The position numbers and the translations under genes were made by a program. DNA of 64,000 nucleotides from Candidatus Portnoybacteria bacterium RBG_19FT_COMBO_36_7 (lineage in GTDB: Bacteria; Patescibacteriota; Minisyncoccia; Portnoybacterales; GWB1-42-6): positions 3,322 through 67,321 of the forward strand of contig MHMW01000018.1 in assembly GCA_001819495.1 (NCBI GenBank), read 5' to 3'. The notes under the pieces were generated by a model, which worked only from the letters and a program-made list of their open reading frames with translations, did no database searches and was not told the DNA's origin. Positions 9,600 to 17,896 of the stretch are shown piece by piece; positions within the stretch are counted from its first letter, which is position 1, and the number at the start of each line of letters is the position of its first letter.

Positions 9600-9741
9600 C
9601 CAGGTAGTAGAAATTCGACTTGATTTTTTAATTATTGCCAGCCCCGTAGTAGAATTTTGACAAGAACGTAGCTCCAATCCCGTAATGAAAAGTCGAAATT
9701 TCACTACGGGGCCAGGCAGCAGTCGAATTTTCACTACCTGG
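9600..9741 (-). mobile_element. element copy A: a 20-bp-TIR element (CCAGGTAGTAGAAATTCGAC / GTCGAATTTTCACTACCTGG) carrying a nested second copy at 9642..9711
   Basis: The outer TIRs are at 9600..9619 and 9722..9741 and are flanked by CAT direct repeats. The inner copy (CCCCGTAGTAGAATTTTGAC...GTCGAAATTTCACTACGGGG) is flanked by CCAG direct repeats at 9638..9641 and 9712..9715. The gene-proximal end abuts the ATG of the anti-sigma-like gene. Confidence 0.7.
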
Positions 9742-9790
9742 CATTCTAATAAATATGACGCGAAAACGCCTTTTTTATTACAGTCAAATA

Positions 9791-9833
9791 GACAAGAAAA
9801 GAAAACGGCGGAGCCGATATCGGCCCTGCCGCC
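9791..9833 (-). terminator. rho-independent terminator after the ECF sigma gene
   Basis: Hairpin GGCGGAGCCGATATCGGCCCTGCCGCC (with an inner 12-nt palindrome) is followed on the minus strand by a U-rich tract. Confidence 0.55.
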
Positions 9834-9888
9834 TTAAATATACGATTTTAGCTTCCCCCTCCACACTAAGCTTGATTTGGGGGCAAAA

Positions 9889-10398
9889 TTAAGCCTCTAA
9901 GGCCTCTCTCAGAGCTTTTATAGCTCTTGATAAGGAAGTCCTGACTGTCCCCTCTGATTTACCTAAAATTTGGGCTATTTCCTCTACCTCAAAGTCGTCT
10001 ACATAATACCAGATAATAATCTCCTGATACTCCTCCCTGATAAGACGGAGATATTCCATTATCCGGTCAATTTTTAAATTTTTATCAGTTTTTTCTTCTA
10101 TGCCCGATTCGGCAATGCCCAAATGTTTTTCGGAAACCTCTTCCAAAGTTATCGGCAAATTAGGATTCTTTCGGAAATAATCGGAAATGAGGTTCCGACA
10201 AATTTGGTAAGTCATTGCCGAAAGATTTCCGATAAAATTTCCTTCTTTCAGGTACTGCCAACCTTTTAAGAACGCTTCGGAGGCAAGATCCTGGGCCACT
10301 TCCTGCGAACCAACCCTAAAATAAACATAGCGATATATCTTCGTTATGTTTTCGTCATAAAACTTAAGAAAATTCTGTTCATTTTCGACTAAACTCAT
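9889..10398 (-). CDS. ECF-type RNA polymerase sigma factor (sigma-70 family, regions 2 and 4)
   Basis: 169 aa with a region-2-like segment (YRYVYFRVGSQEVAQDLASEAFLKGW) and a region-4 HTH (IAQILGKSEGTVRTSLSRAIKALR). Confidence 0.8.
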   Translation of the reverse strand: MSLVENEQNFLKFYDENITKIYRYVYFRVGSQEVAQDLASEAFLKGWQYLKEGNFIGNLSAMTYQICRNLISDYFRKNPNLPITLEEVSEKHLGIAESGIEEKTDKNLKIDRIMEYLRLIREEYQEIIIWYYVDDFEVEEIAQILGKSEGTVRTSLSRAIKALREALEA

Positions 10399-10407
10399 TA
10401 TTATGGG

Positions 10408-11268
10408 CTACTTGCAGTTTTTGGAGATAAACGCCTTAAGGTCATCTTTCAAATCTTGACGGTCAAGAGCATATTTTAGGGTCGCTTTTAAATAATTCAG
10501 CGGATCGCCGGTGGTCAGCCACTCTCCGTCTTCCACTTTTTTAGCATAAAATATATTCCCGCGCTTAACATATGTTTTTATTGCGTCCACGATCCAGAGC
10601 TCATTTCCTTTTCCCAGCGGAGTATCTCTTAAGATATCAATTATTTCCTGGTTCAGGATCATCCGGCCAAAATCGGCATAGCGCGATGGCGCTTCTTTAA
10701 TGCTCGGTTTTTCAATTATATCTTCAATTTCCATAGTTCCCTTTTTAAGCTTTACAATTCCATACCTGACGACATCTTCTTTTGGCACCTCCTGGACGCC
10801 TATTATAGGACAACCATGCTTCTCATAGTCTTTGACCATCTGCTTGGTAAAAGAAACTTTTGACTTGACCAGATCGTCGCCCCAGACAAAAACGAAAGGT
10901 TCGTCATCAACCAGATTGGCGGCGCACAAAACCGGAGTACCGTTGCCGTAAGGACCTTTTTGTCTTATATACACGAAATTGGCCATTTCCGAGATTCTTT
11001 TTACCTGTTGCCAAAGCTTGTCTTTCCCGGCTTTTTTCAGCTCATTGGCCAAGGCCCAGTTGTGATCAAAATGATCCTCAAGGGGCTTTTTATCCCATTT
11101 GGTCACCAAAATTATATCCTCAATCCCGCCCTCAACCAATTCTTCAACAACCAGCTGAATAATCGGCTTGTCCACAATCGGCAGCATCTCTTTAGGCATT
11201 GATTTGGTCGCCGGCAAAAGGCGGGTGCCCGAACCGGCTACCGCCACTACTGCTTTTTTAATTTTCAT
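10408..11268 (-). CDS. galU: UTP--glucose-1-phosphate uridylyltransferase
   Basis: The N-terminal motif AVAGSGTRLLPATKSMPKEMLPIVDKP is present, and the protein is colinear with GalU-type nucleotidyltransferases. Confidence 0.85.
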   Translation of the reverse strand: MKIKKAVVAVAGSGTRLLPATKSMPKEMLPIVDKPIIQLVVEELVEGGIEDIILVTKWDKKPLEDHFDHNWALANELKKAGKDKLWQQVKRISEMANFVYIRQKGPYGNGTPVLCAANLVDDEPFVFVWGDDLVKSKVSFTKQMVKDYEKHGCPIIGVQEVPKEDVVRYGIVKLKKGTMEIEDIIEKPSIKEAPSRYADFGRMILNQEIIDILRDTPLGKGNELWIVDAIKTYVKRGNIFYAKKVEDGEWLTTGDPLNYLKATLKYALDRQDLKDDLKAFISKNCK

Positions 11269-11311
11269 AACTTTTTTTTAATTTCTATTCTAGCTACTGA
11301 AAAATCAATGG

Positions 11312-12001
11312 TTATGCATTTAATAAATACCTGACGCCTCTCCGTCGGCCCACTCTCCTAATAAAGTTTCTGCCCATCAGCACCGCCAAATCATTCCTGA
11401 CCGTTCTATCGCTAACCTTGCCCAAAATATTACGCAGGTCATTTACGGTGGTTTCTTTATTTTTATTGAAATATTCAACGATCTTTTCCTGGCGCAGTTG
11501 TGCTTCACCGATAATAAATCTGATCTCTTTTTCTTTTTCCTCTTTGGGCAAAGATAAGCTTATTTCCGGCGGGGGATTCATGACTGTTTTTTCTCCCCTC
11601 TCGCGGCTTTTTATTGCCCGGCCGGCCAGATCATAGAGAAGCAAAGAATAAGCGGCTATAAGTAAATCAAAGTTTAGCGGCACCAGCCACTTCTGATTTT
11701 TAGCAATTTCCAGATAAATTTTTACTTCTTCTATTTTTAAAATTGTATCACTAATCTTCCCTGTTGCTAAAAAGACCACTATCTTTGATGAGCCCTGCCG
11801 AAGCTGCGAGATAAGCGCTTCGCCAGCCGGAAATAATTTGGTTATCCGATAAATTGCCAGACAAAGTTCAAAAGCCCTCCCTTTGTAACTGTCTAAATTT
11901 TTGCCGCCGTCCTCCGGAAATTCTTGTTCGGCCATACCCGGTATATCAACTTCCAGTGACAAATGCTTTTTGCAAAAACGCTTGTATCGTGGAAGTCGCA
12001 A
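11312..12001 (-). CDS. four-helix-bundle (23S rRNA intervening-sequence protein family) domain fused to a C-terminal DeoR-like winged-helix HTH
   Basis: The middle region (FELCLAIYRITKLFPAGEALISQLRQ) resembles the four-helix-bundle family. The C-terminus (TVNDLRNILGKVSDRTVRNDLAVLM) is HTH-like. The start is uncertain: a TTG at 12001 or the ATG of MAEQEF at about 11937. Confidence 0.45.
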   Translation of the reverse strand: MRLPRYKRFCKKHLSLEVDIPGMAEQEFPEDGGKNLDSYKGRAFELCLAIYRITKLFPAGEALISQLRQGSSKIVVFLATGKISDTILKIEEVKIYLEIAKNQKWLVPLNFDLLIAAYSLLLYDLAGRAIKSRERGEKTVMNPPPEISLSLPKEEKEKEIRFIIGEAQLRQEKIVEYFNKNKETTVNDLRNILGKVSDRTVRNDLAVLMGRNFIRRVGRRRGVRYLLNA

Positions 12002-12440
12002 GCCCAGAAATTTACTTCCTTATAATTGTTTCTGAATTTGTGCTCTTCTTTTAGAAGAATACACCGGAAGTTGTATTACCGGGCATGTTTAATTCATTCT
12101 ATTTGCCAGAAAGCCAGTCTGTCAACATTATAACATTATAAGCCCTCCTTAATAAACTCTAAACAAAATTTAACGGAATAATAAAAGATATAAAAATAAA
12201 AAAAAGCGTCTGAAACAAATAGGGGAGTTCCAATATATTTTTTCGTTTTTGTTTTTTTATAATCTTTAAAACACTTTTCCGATTTTATTTATTGCCGCAA
12301 TTCCCTTTTTTTTCTGATATTATTTTATTGTGCGACATAATATTTACAGGAGAACAAAAGAACTCCCCCTTTAGTTTTTTTGACGTTCTAAATAATTTAT
12401 TTGTCGCCAATATTGTACGACATCTCTTTTCTACAGAAAT

Positions 12441-12466
12441 AAAAAAAGCCGGTTAAGGCATCCGGC
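12441..12466 (-). terminator. rho-independent terminator
   Basis: Hairpin GCCGGTTAAGGCATCCGGC is followed by a U-run on the minus strand, downstream of the gene at 12484..13239. Confidence 0.6.
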
Positions 12467-12483
12467 ATTTATGGCCAAAAAGA

Positions 12484-13239
12484 TTATTTTAATAATTGTT
12501 TTATCTCTGAAGATTTTGTTATTTTTGCCAAGCCTGCGCTGTCGGCCCAGTTCAAGCCGGCTATCTCCCCTTTCAGATTGAATATCGGACAGCCGATAAT
12601 TTCTCTGCCCGAAAAACCGATATCAAAAACAGGAGAAATCTGCCTGACAATATCAAAATCAGCAAATTTATTAAAATCTGGCGATTTTACGCCGATTAAA
12701 AAAAGCTGCTCGCCCAGCCTTGGTTCTTTCTCGGCAAAAGGCAAAACCGGCAGATTGTTTTCGTTTATTTTCAAAACGGCAATTCCGGACGCCTCGTCTG
12801 CTTTTTTAATCTCTGCCTCTATCTGTCTGCTGTTATAGACGACCAGAATTTTTTGAGCCGAATCCGGAATCAAATTTTTGGCCGTAACAATCAAACCGTC
12901 GCTGGAAGCGATAAATCCTGTCCCCTGCGCCAAAATTTCCGGCTTCTCAAGAATAATTTTTTTTCCGGCGGTTATTTTTTCAGTTACCTCCGATATTACC
13001 CCGACAACAACACCGCTGCATTTGTCAATCGCGTCTTCCAACGCTTCATTTTCCGTAATCACCACTCTTTCTGTCCGGTTTATAACGGTCGTGCCTTCGC
13101 CGGCCTGCCTGATCCAGTCAACATTTTTCAAAAATCCGATGCCGGCCAGCCAGGGAAAAAGAAATTGAGAACCCAAAATCCCCCCAACCGCCCCTAAAAC
13201 AAAAATAAGACCGAACTTAATTAATTTATCTTTTATCAT
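12484..13239 (-). CDS. membrane-anchored trypsin-like (HtrA-like) peptidase-fold protein, probably catalytically inactive
   Basis: It has an N-terminal TM helix and an HtrA protease-domain scaffold (GTGFIASSDGLIVTAKN, GIAVLKINENNLPVLPF). The catalytic His and Ser positions are substituted (GCPIF in place of GNSGGP). Confidence 0.5.
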   Translation of the reverse strand: MIKDKLIKFGLIFVLGAVGGILGSQFLFPWLAGIGFLKNVDWIRQAGEGTTVINRTERVVITENEALEDAIDKCSGVVVGVISEVTEKITAGKKIILEKPEILAQGTGFIASSDGLIVTAKNLIPDSAQKILVVYNSRQIEAEIKKADEASGIAVLKINENNLPVLPFAEKEPRLGEQLFLIGVKSPDFNKFADFDIVRQISPVFDIGFSGREIIGCPIFNLKGEIAGLNWADSAGLAKITKSSEIKQLLK

Positions 13240-13254
13240 TGTGTCTCCAATTTT

Positions 13255-15891
13255 TTAAACTTTTGAAACCCTAACTGCTTCCTGTGTCTGAATTACAATT
13301 TCGTTATTTTTCTCGTCAAAGACTATCATGCTGCCTTCTTTTATTTTTCCTTCAATTATCTGCTTGGCTGCCTGGTCCAGAATAAGCTGCTGGATTATCC
13401 TTTTTAAAGGCCGGGCCCCGAAATTCGGATCGTATCCCTTGGCCGCCAATAATCTTTTTGCCTCTTTGGTTACTTTTATTTTTATCTTTTTCTCCGCCAG
13501 TCTTCTTTGCACCTGCTCCAGCTGCAGCTCAACTATCATTGCCAGATCCGCCTGGCTCAGCGCGTCAAAAACGATTATTTCGTCAACCCGGTTCAGAAAT
13601 TCCGGCTTGAACTGCTGACGAAGAGATTCCAGAACTTTGTTTTTCATCTGCTGAGCCTCTTTTTCGGGCCGATCGGCAGTAAAACCAAGAATATATTCTT
13701 TGACTATTTCATTGCCGGCGTTTGAAGTCATAATAACAACCGAGTTCTTGAAATTGACATGGCGGCCCTTAGCGTCGGTCAGCCTGCCGTCATCCAGAAT
13801 CTGCAGCAGAATATTGAAAACTTCGGGATGGGCTTTTTCTATTTCGTCAAACAAAACAACGCTGTAAGGCCGGCGGCGGATCGCTTCGGTCAGTTGGCCT
13901 CCTTCTTCAAAACCAATGTATCCGGGAGGAGAGCCGATCATCCGGGCAACCGTGTGTTTCTCCATATATTCGGACATATCCAACCTGACGAGCGCGTTCT
14001 CGTCATTGAACATAAATTCGGCCAGCGCTTTGGCTAATTCGGTTTTGCCCACACCAGTGGGCCCAAGAAATATAAAAGAGCCGATTGGTTTTTTTTCTTC
14101 GGAAATTCCGGCGCGGGCGCGGCGCACGGCGTTGGCCACCGCTTTAATCGCCTGCTCCTGATCAATGATGCGCTCGTGCAATTCATCTTCCATGCGCGAT
14201 AATTTTTCCATTTCTCCTTCGAGCATTTTTTGCACCGGGATGCCCGTCCAGCGCGAGACAACTTTCGCAATATCCTGCTCGCCTATTTCTTCCTTGAGCA
14301 GGGGGTTGCCGCGCTGAATTTCCACTAATTTTTTCTGCAAAGATTTTATCTCTTTCTCAAAATTGGGAACTTTGCCGTAGCGGATCTCGGCCACCTTCTG
14401 CAATTCTGCTTTCCTTTCTGCAATCTCGGCTTCCTGCTTTAAAAAGTCTATCTGTTTTTTTGATTCCCTGATTTTGGCGATAATATCATGCTCGGCCCGC
14501 CACCGCAGCTCCATGCCGCGGCTTTTTTCTTTAAGCTCGCTTAGGTTTTTTTTAACTTTGCGCAGCTGCTGTTGCGTTTCTTTTGATTTTTCGCGCTTGA
14601 GCGCCTGGCCTTCGATTTCCAGTTTCATGATCTGGCGCTTGGTCTGGTCAAGCTCAACAGGCATGCTGTCAATTTCCATTCGCAAAGCCGAGGCCGCTTC
14701 ATCTATCAGGTCGACTGCTTTATCGGGCAAAAATCTGTCTGAAATATAGCGCGCCGAAAAACTGGCCGCTGCGATAATTGCCGCGTCCGTTATGCGCACA
14801 CCGTGATGAATCTCGTATTTTTCCTTGATGCCGCGCAAAATGGCGACCGTGTCCTCTATAGAAGGCTCGGAAACAAAGACCGGCTGGAATCGCCGGGCCA
14901 GCGCCGGATCTTTCTCAATGTATTTTTGATATTCCTTCAGGGTTGTTGCGCCGATAGCATGCAATTCTCCTCTGGCCAAGGCCGGCTTGAGCAGGTTTGA
15001 AGCATCAATCGCTCCCTCGGCTGCTCCGGCACCAACCAAAGTGTGAAGCTCGTCAATAAAGAGAATGAATTTTCCGGCTGAACGGTCTATCTCTTTCAAA
15101 ACCGCCTTTATTCTGTCTTCAAATTCCCCGCGGAATTTTGTTCCGGCTACCAAGCCTCCAAGATCCAAACCGATAAGCTCCCTGTCTTTTAAGCTTTCGG
15201 GCACGTCGCCGGCGACAATGCGCTGGGCCAAACCCTCAACAATCGCTGTCTTTCCGACTCCTGCCTCTCCGATAAGAACCGGATTGTTCTTTGTCCGGCG
15301 CGATAATACCTGCATAACTCTCCTGATTTCTTCATCCCGGCCAATGACCGGATCGAGTTTTTCTTTGCGGGCAAGATCAGTCAGATTTCTGGTATATTTT
15401 TCCAGAACCTGATATTTGCTCTCCGGCTCAATGTCGGTGACGTGCTGGCCGCCTCTCACATCCTCCATCACATTCAAGATCTTCTGCTTGTCAACGCTGA
15501 AAATCTGCAATATTTCCTTGACCTTTGTTGACGTCTCAAAAACAGCCAGAAGCAAATGCTCGCAGCTGATAAATTCATCCTGCAGGTTCTGCGCTTCTTT
15601 GCTGGCCTGATTGATGAGTTTCCCCAGCTCCGGGCTCAAAAATACCTGGCCAAAAGGAATTTCGCCGACCACTTTTGGCAGCTTGGTCATTTCTTTTTCC
15701 AGTTCCGATTCAAGCAAGGCCAAATTGACGCCCAGTCTCTGCAAAATGGAAACAACGATGCTTTCGGCCTGCCAAACAAGAGCCAAGACCAAATGCAAAA
15801 TGTCTATCTGCTGCTGTCCGCGTTCCGAGGCTAGATTATGCGCGTCTTTTAGCGCTTCCTGAGCTTTGATTGTGAATTTATCGATTTGCAA
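13255..15891 (-). CDS. clpB: ATP-dependent chaperone ClpB
   Basis: 878 aa with an N-domain, two AAA+ modules (GEAGVGKT and GPTGVGKT Walker A motifs) and a coiled-coil middle domain. The apparent start is a TTG. Confidence 0.95.
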   Translation of the reverse strand: MQIDKFTIKAQEALKDAHNLASERGQQQIDILHLVLALVWQAESIVVSILQRLGVNLALLESELEKEMTKLPKVVGEIPFGQVFLSPELGKLINQASKEAQNLQDEFISCEHLLLAVFETSTKVKEILQIFSVDKQKILNVMEDVRGGQHVTDIEPESKYQVLEKYTRNLTDLARKEKLDPVIGRDEEIRRVMQVLSRRTKNNPVLIGEAGVGKTAIVEGLAQRIVAGDVPESLKDRELIGLDLGGLVAGTKFRGEFEDRIKAVLKEIDRSAGKFILFIDELHTLVGAGAAEGAIDASNLLKPALARGELHAIGATTLKEYQKYIEKDPALARRFQPVFVSEPSIEDTVAILRGIKEKYEIHHGVRITDAAIIAAASFSARYISDRFLPDKAVDLIDEAASALRMEIDSMPVELDQTKRQIMKLEIEGQALKREKSKETQQQLRKVKKNLSELKEKSRGMELRWRAEHDIIAKIRESKKQIDFLKQEAEIAERKAELQKVAEIRYGKVPNFEKEIKSLQKKLVEIQRGNPLLKEEIGEQDIAKVVSRWTGIPVQKMLEGEMEKLSRMEDELHERIIDQEQAIKAVANAVRRARAGISEEKKPIGSFIFLGPTGVGKTELAKALAEFMFNDENALVRLDMSEYMEKHTVARMIGSPPGYIGFEEGGQLTEAIRRRPYSVVLFDEIEKAHPEVFNILLQILDDGRLTDAKGRHVNFKNSVVIMTSNAGNEIVKEYILGFTADRPEKEAQQMKNKVLESLRQQFKPEFLNRVDEIIVFDALSQADLAMIVELQLEQVQRRLAEKKIKIKVTKEAKRLLAAKGYDPNFGARPLKRIIQQLILDQAAKQIIEGKIKEGSMIVFDEKNNEIVIQTQEAVRVSKV

Positions 15892-15922
15892 GTTCGCTTA
15901 CGCTCAAGTTAAAAATTAAAAG

Positions 15923-15939
15923 TGACAACTTTGTTGTCA
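15923..15939. promoter_or_regulatory. inverted repeat TGACAAC-TTT-GTTGTCA in the clpB upstream region (candidate stress-regulon operator)
   Basis: The arms are 7 bp perfect inverted repeats, 32-48 nt upstream of the clpB start. It is embedded in a 180-bp palindrome-rich leader. Confidence 0.3.
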
Positions 15940-16072
15940 TCCTGAGGGCGAAGCCCGAAGGATCCTGCTGAATTTCCATAAAGTCCTCCCTTAACGCTCA
16001 GGATGGCGCCATGCGCCAGTTTTTAATTTTTAATTGTCGTTTTTATTTTTTATGTCTTACTTTTTAAATTTA

Positions 16073-17293
16073 TCACGATTTCTCTCCCAAAGTCGCCTGT
16101 ATTGTTTTTTCCTGTCCGTTTCGCAAAATTCTTAAAGTTATTTTATCTCCGACATTATGGCTCTGGATAATTTTAGCCAGAGTATTGGTCGTGTTAATCT
16201 TTGAACCGTCCACTTCCAATATTATATCATTTTCCTGCAATCCTGCATCTTGCGCCGGGCTGCCGCTCGTTACAGCCGGTTCGTTTACGCTGTTTCCCCG
16301 CAGGATCAGCGCGCCGTAATCAACTGATAAATTTTTTTCCGCTTTTATTTCTGGCGTAACAATGACATAACGGACTCCCAGGAACGGATAGGAAATTTTC
16401 CCTTCTTTTTGCACCTGCGCAATATCGCGTTTGGCCAGATTTATCGGCAGGGCGAATCCGATGCTCTGGGCGCCCTGCGCCACTGCCACATTTATTCCGA
16501 TGACTTCGCCTGACAAATTGAGCAAGGGCCCGCCCGAATTGCCTGAATTGATAGCAGCGTCGGTCTGAATGACGTCTTCCAGCTGTTCGGTTTGCGAACC
16601 AAAAATATCATTGGACACTGTAACAGAGCGGCTCAGCCCGGAGATAACGCCCACGCTAACGGTATTCCTGAATTCGCCCAAAGCATTGCCTATAGCAATC
16701 GCGGTCTGGCCGATATTCATTTCATCTGAATCACCTAATTTGACGACCGGCAAATTATTTTTATCTATTTTCAAAATAGCGATATCCTGCACCGGGTCTT
16801 TGGCAATAACCTCGGCCGGATATTTCTGTCCGTCGTTAGTCAGAACAGTAAAGCTTGCGCCTTCAGCCTCAACTACATGCTTATTGGTCAGAATCATACC
16901 ATCAGAAGATATGATAAAGCCGCTGCCGCCGCCAATCTCCTGCTCTTGACTGTCCTGTTGATTGGGATAATTTAATCCGGGAAAAAGATTTCCGAAAAAA
17001 TCATTAAGAGGATTACCGAATTGCCCGGCAGCAGATAAATTAGCAGTGGCGATAATAGAAACTACCGAAGGCGAAACAACTTTGACCACCGCCTCTACTG
17101 CTTCTTCCTGCGTTGTTACGATTTGCGTATTATTATCTGAATTATCTGGCTGCGCTAAAAGATTTGAAAGACCAGGCGTTTCTCCGGAAAGCAGGCTGAA
17201 AGACAAGAAACCGCCGCCAAAACCGGCTAAGGCAGAGATTATCACTACAATGATAATCATCCTTGTTAATTGATTTTTTTGTTCACCATTCAT
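16073..17293 (-). CDS. htrA: HtrA/DegP-family serine endopeptidase with a C-terminal PDZ domain
   Basis: It has an N-terminal TM helix, a trypsin-like domain with the GNSGGPLLN catalytic-Ser motif, and a PDZ-like C-terminus. Confidence 0.85.
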   Translation of the reverse strand: MNGEQKNQLTRMIIIVVIISALAGFGGGFLSFSLLSGETPGLSNLLAQPDNSDNNTQIVTTQEEAVEAVVKVVSPSVVSIIATANLSAAGQFGNPLNDFFGNLFPGLNYPNQQDSQEQEIGGGSGFIISSDGMILTNKHVVEAEGASFTVLTNDGQKYPAEVIAKDPVQDIAILKIDKNNLPVVKLGDSDEMNIGQTAIAIGNALGEFRNTVSVGVISGLSRSVTVSNDIFGSQTEQLEDVIQTDAAINSGNSGGPLLNLSGEVIGINVAVAQGAQSIGFALPINLAKRDIAQVQKEGKISYPFLGVRYVIVTPEIKAEKNLSVDYGALILRGNSVNEPAVTSGSPAQDAGLQENDIILEVDGSKINTTNTLAKIIQSHNVGDKITLRILRNGQEKTIQATLGEKS

Positions 17294-17299
17294 AATTCT

Positions 17300-17707
17300 T
17301 CATTTTTCATTTTTACTTTTTAATTTATTCCTATAGTCTTCTATCGCTTTATGCAAGGCCTGCGCCGCCATGTTTGAACAATGCATCTTAATCGGAGGCA
17401 ATCCGCCCAGTTCCTTAGCCACTGTTTCTCGGTTTAATTCTAAGGCTTCTCTTAAAGTTTTCCCTTTGGCCAATTCTGTAATCATTGAAGAAGTGGCAAT
17501 AGCCGCCGCACAGCCAAAACTTTCAAATTTTATATCATTAATTGTTTCTACGGTTTTTCCTTTTTCATTTTTACTTTTTACTTTTATGTAGAGCGTCATC
17601 CGGTCGCCGCAGACTATATTGCCGATTTTTCCGACTCCATCGGCATCTTTTATAGATCCCATGTTCTTGGGATGCAAAAATTGTTCAAGGACTTTTTTAG
17701 AATACAT
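17300..17707 (-). CDS. iscU: Fe-S cluster assembly scaffold protein (NifU/IscU/SufU type)
   Basis: 135 aa with the conserved Cys motifs GNIVCGDRMTL, FGCAAAIATSS and HCSNMAAQAL. Confidence 0.85.
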   Translation of the reverse strand: MYSKKVLEQFLHPKNMGSIKDADGVGKIGNIVCGDRMTLYIKVKSKNEKGKTVETINDIKFESFGCAAAIATSSMITELAKGKTLREALELNRETVAKELGGLPPIKMHCSNMAAQALHKAIEDYRNKLKSKNEK

Positions 17708-17708
17708 A

Positions 17709-17849
17709 CCAGGTTAGTAGAAATTCGACTTTAAATTTAACATTGCCTGCTAAAGGTAAAATCTTCAATTATACAATGTGCCAAATCGTGAGTTTCTTTT
17801 TGGTTCATTCCGTTAAACGGAATGAACCTGTCTAATTTTCACTACCTGG
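17709..17849 (-). mobile_element. element copy B: a 141-bp variant with the same 20-bp TIRs and a different 101-bp interior
   Basis: TIRs CCAGGTTAGTAGAAATTCGAC and GTCTAATTTTCACTACCTGG are flanked by CATA direct repeats at 17705..17708 and 17850..17853. The interior holds a 12-bp-stem hairpin (17802..17828) and a TATAAT hexamer facing iscU. The element abuts the iscU ATG. Confidence 0.65.
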
Positions 17850-17896
17850 CATATATATTTAACTTAGAAAGAATGAGAAATTAATGAAATTGATTT

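Noticed and set aside
9600-9734. ORF-track N-terminal extension of the anti-sigma-like protein (MKIRLLPGPVVKFRLF...)
   Set aside because: The extension starts at a GTG inside the inverted-repeat element and is translated from element sequence. A conventional ATG (MSEISENN...) lies exactly at the element boundary.
15892-16072. CIRCE, HAIR or CtsR heat-shock operators upstream of clpB
   Set aside because: None of the consensus sequences (TTAGCACTC-N9-GAGTGCTAA, CTTGAGT-N7-ACTCAAG, GGTCAAA repeats) is present. Only an uncharacterised TGACAAC/GTTGTCA palindrome is.
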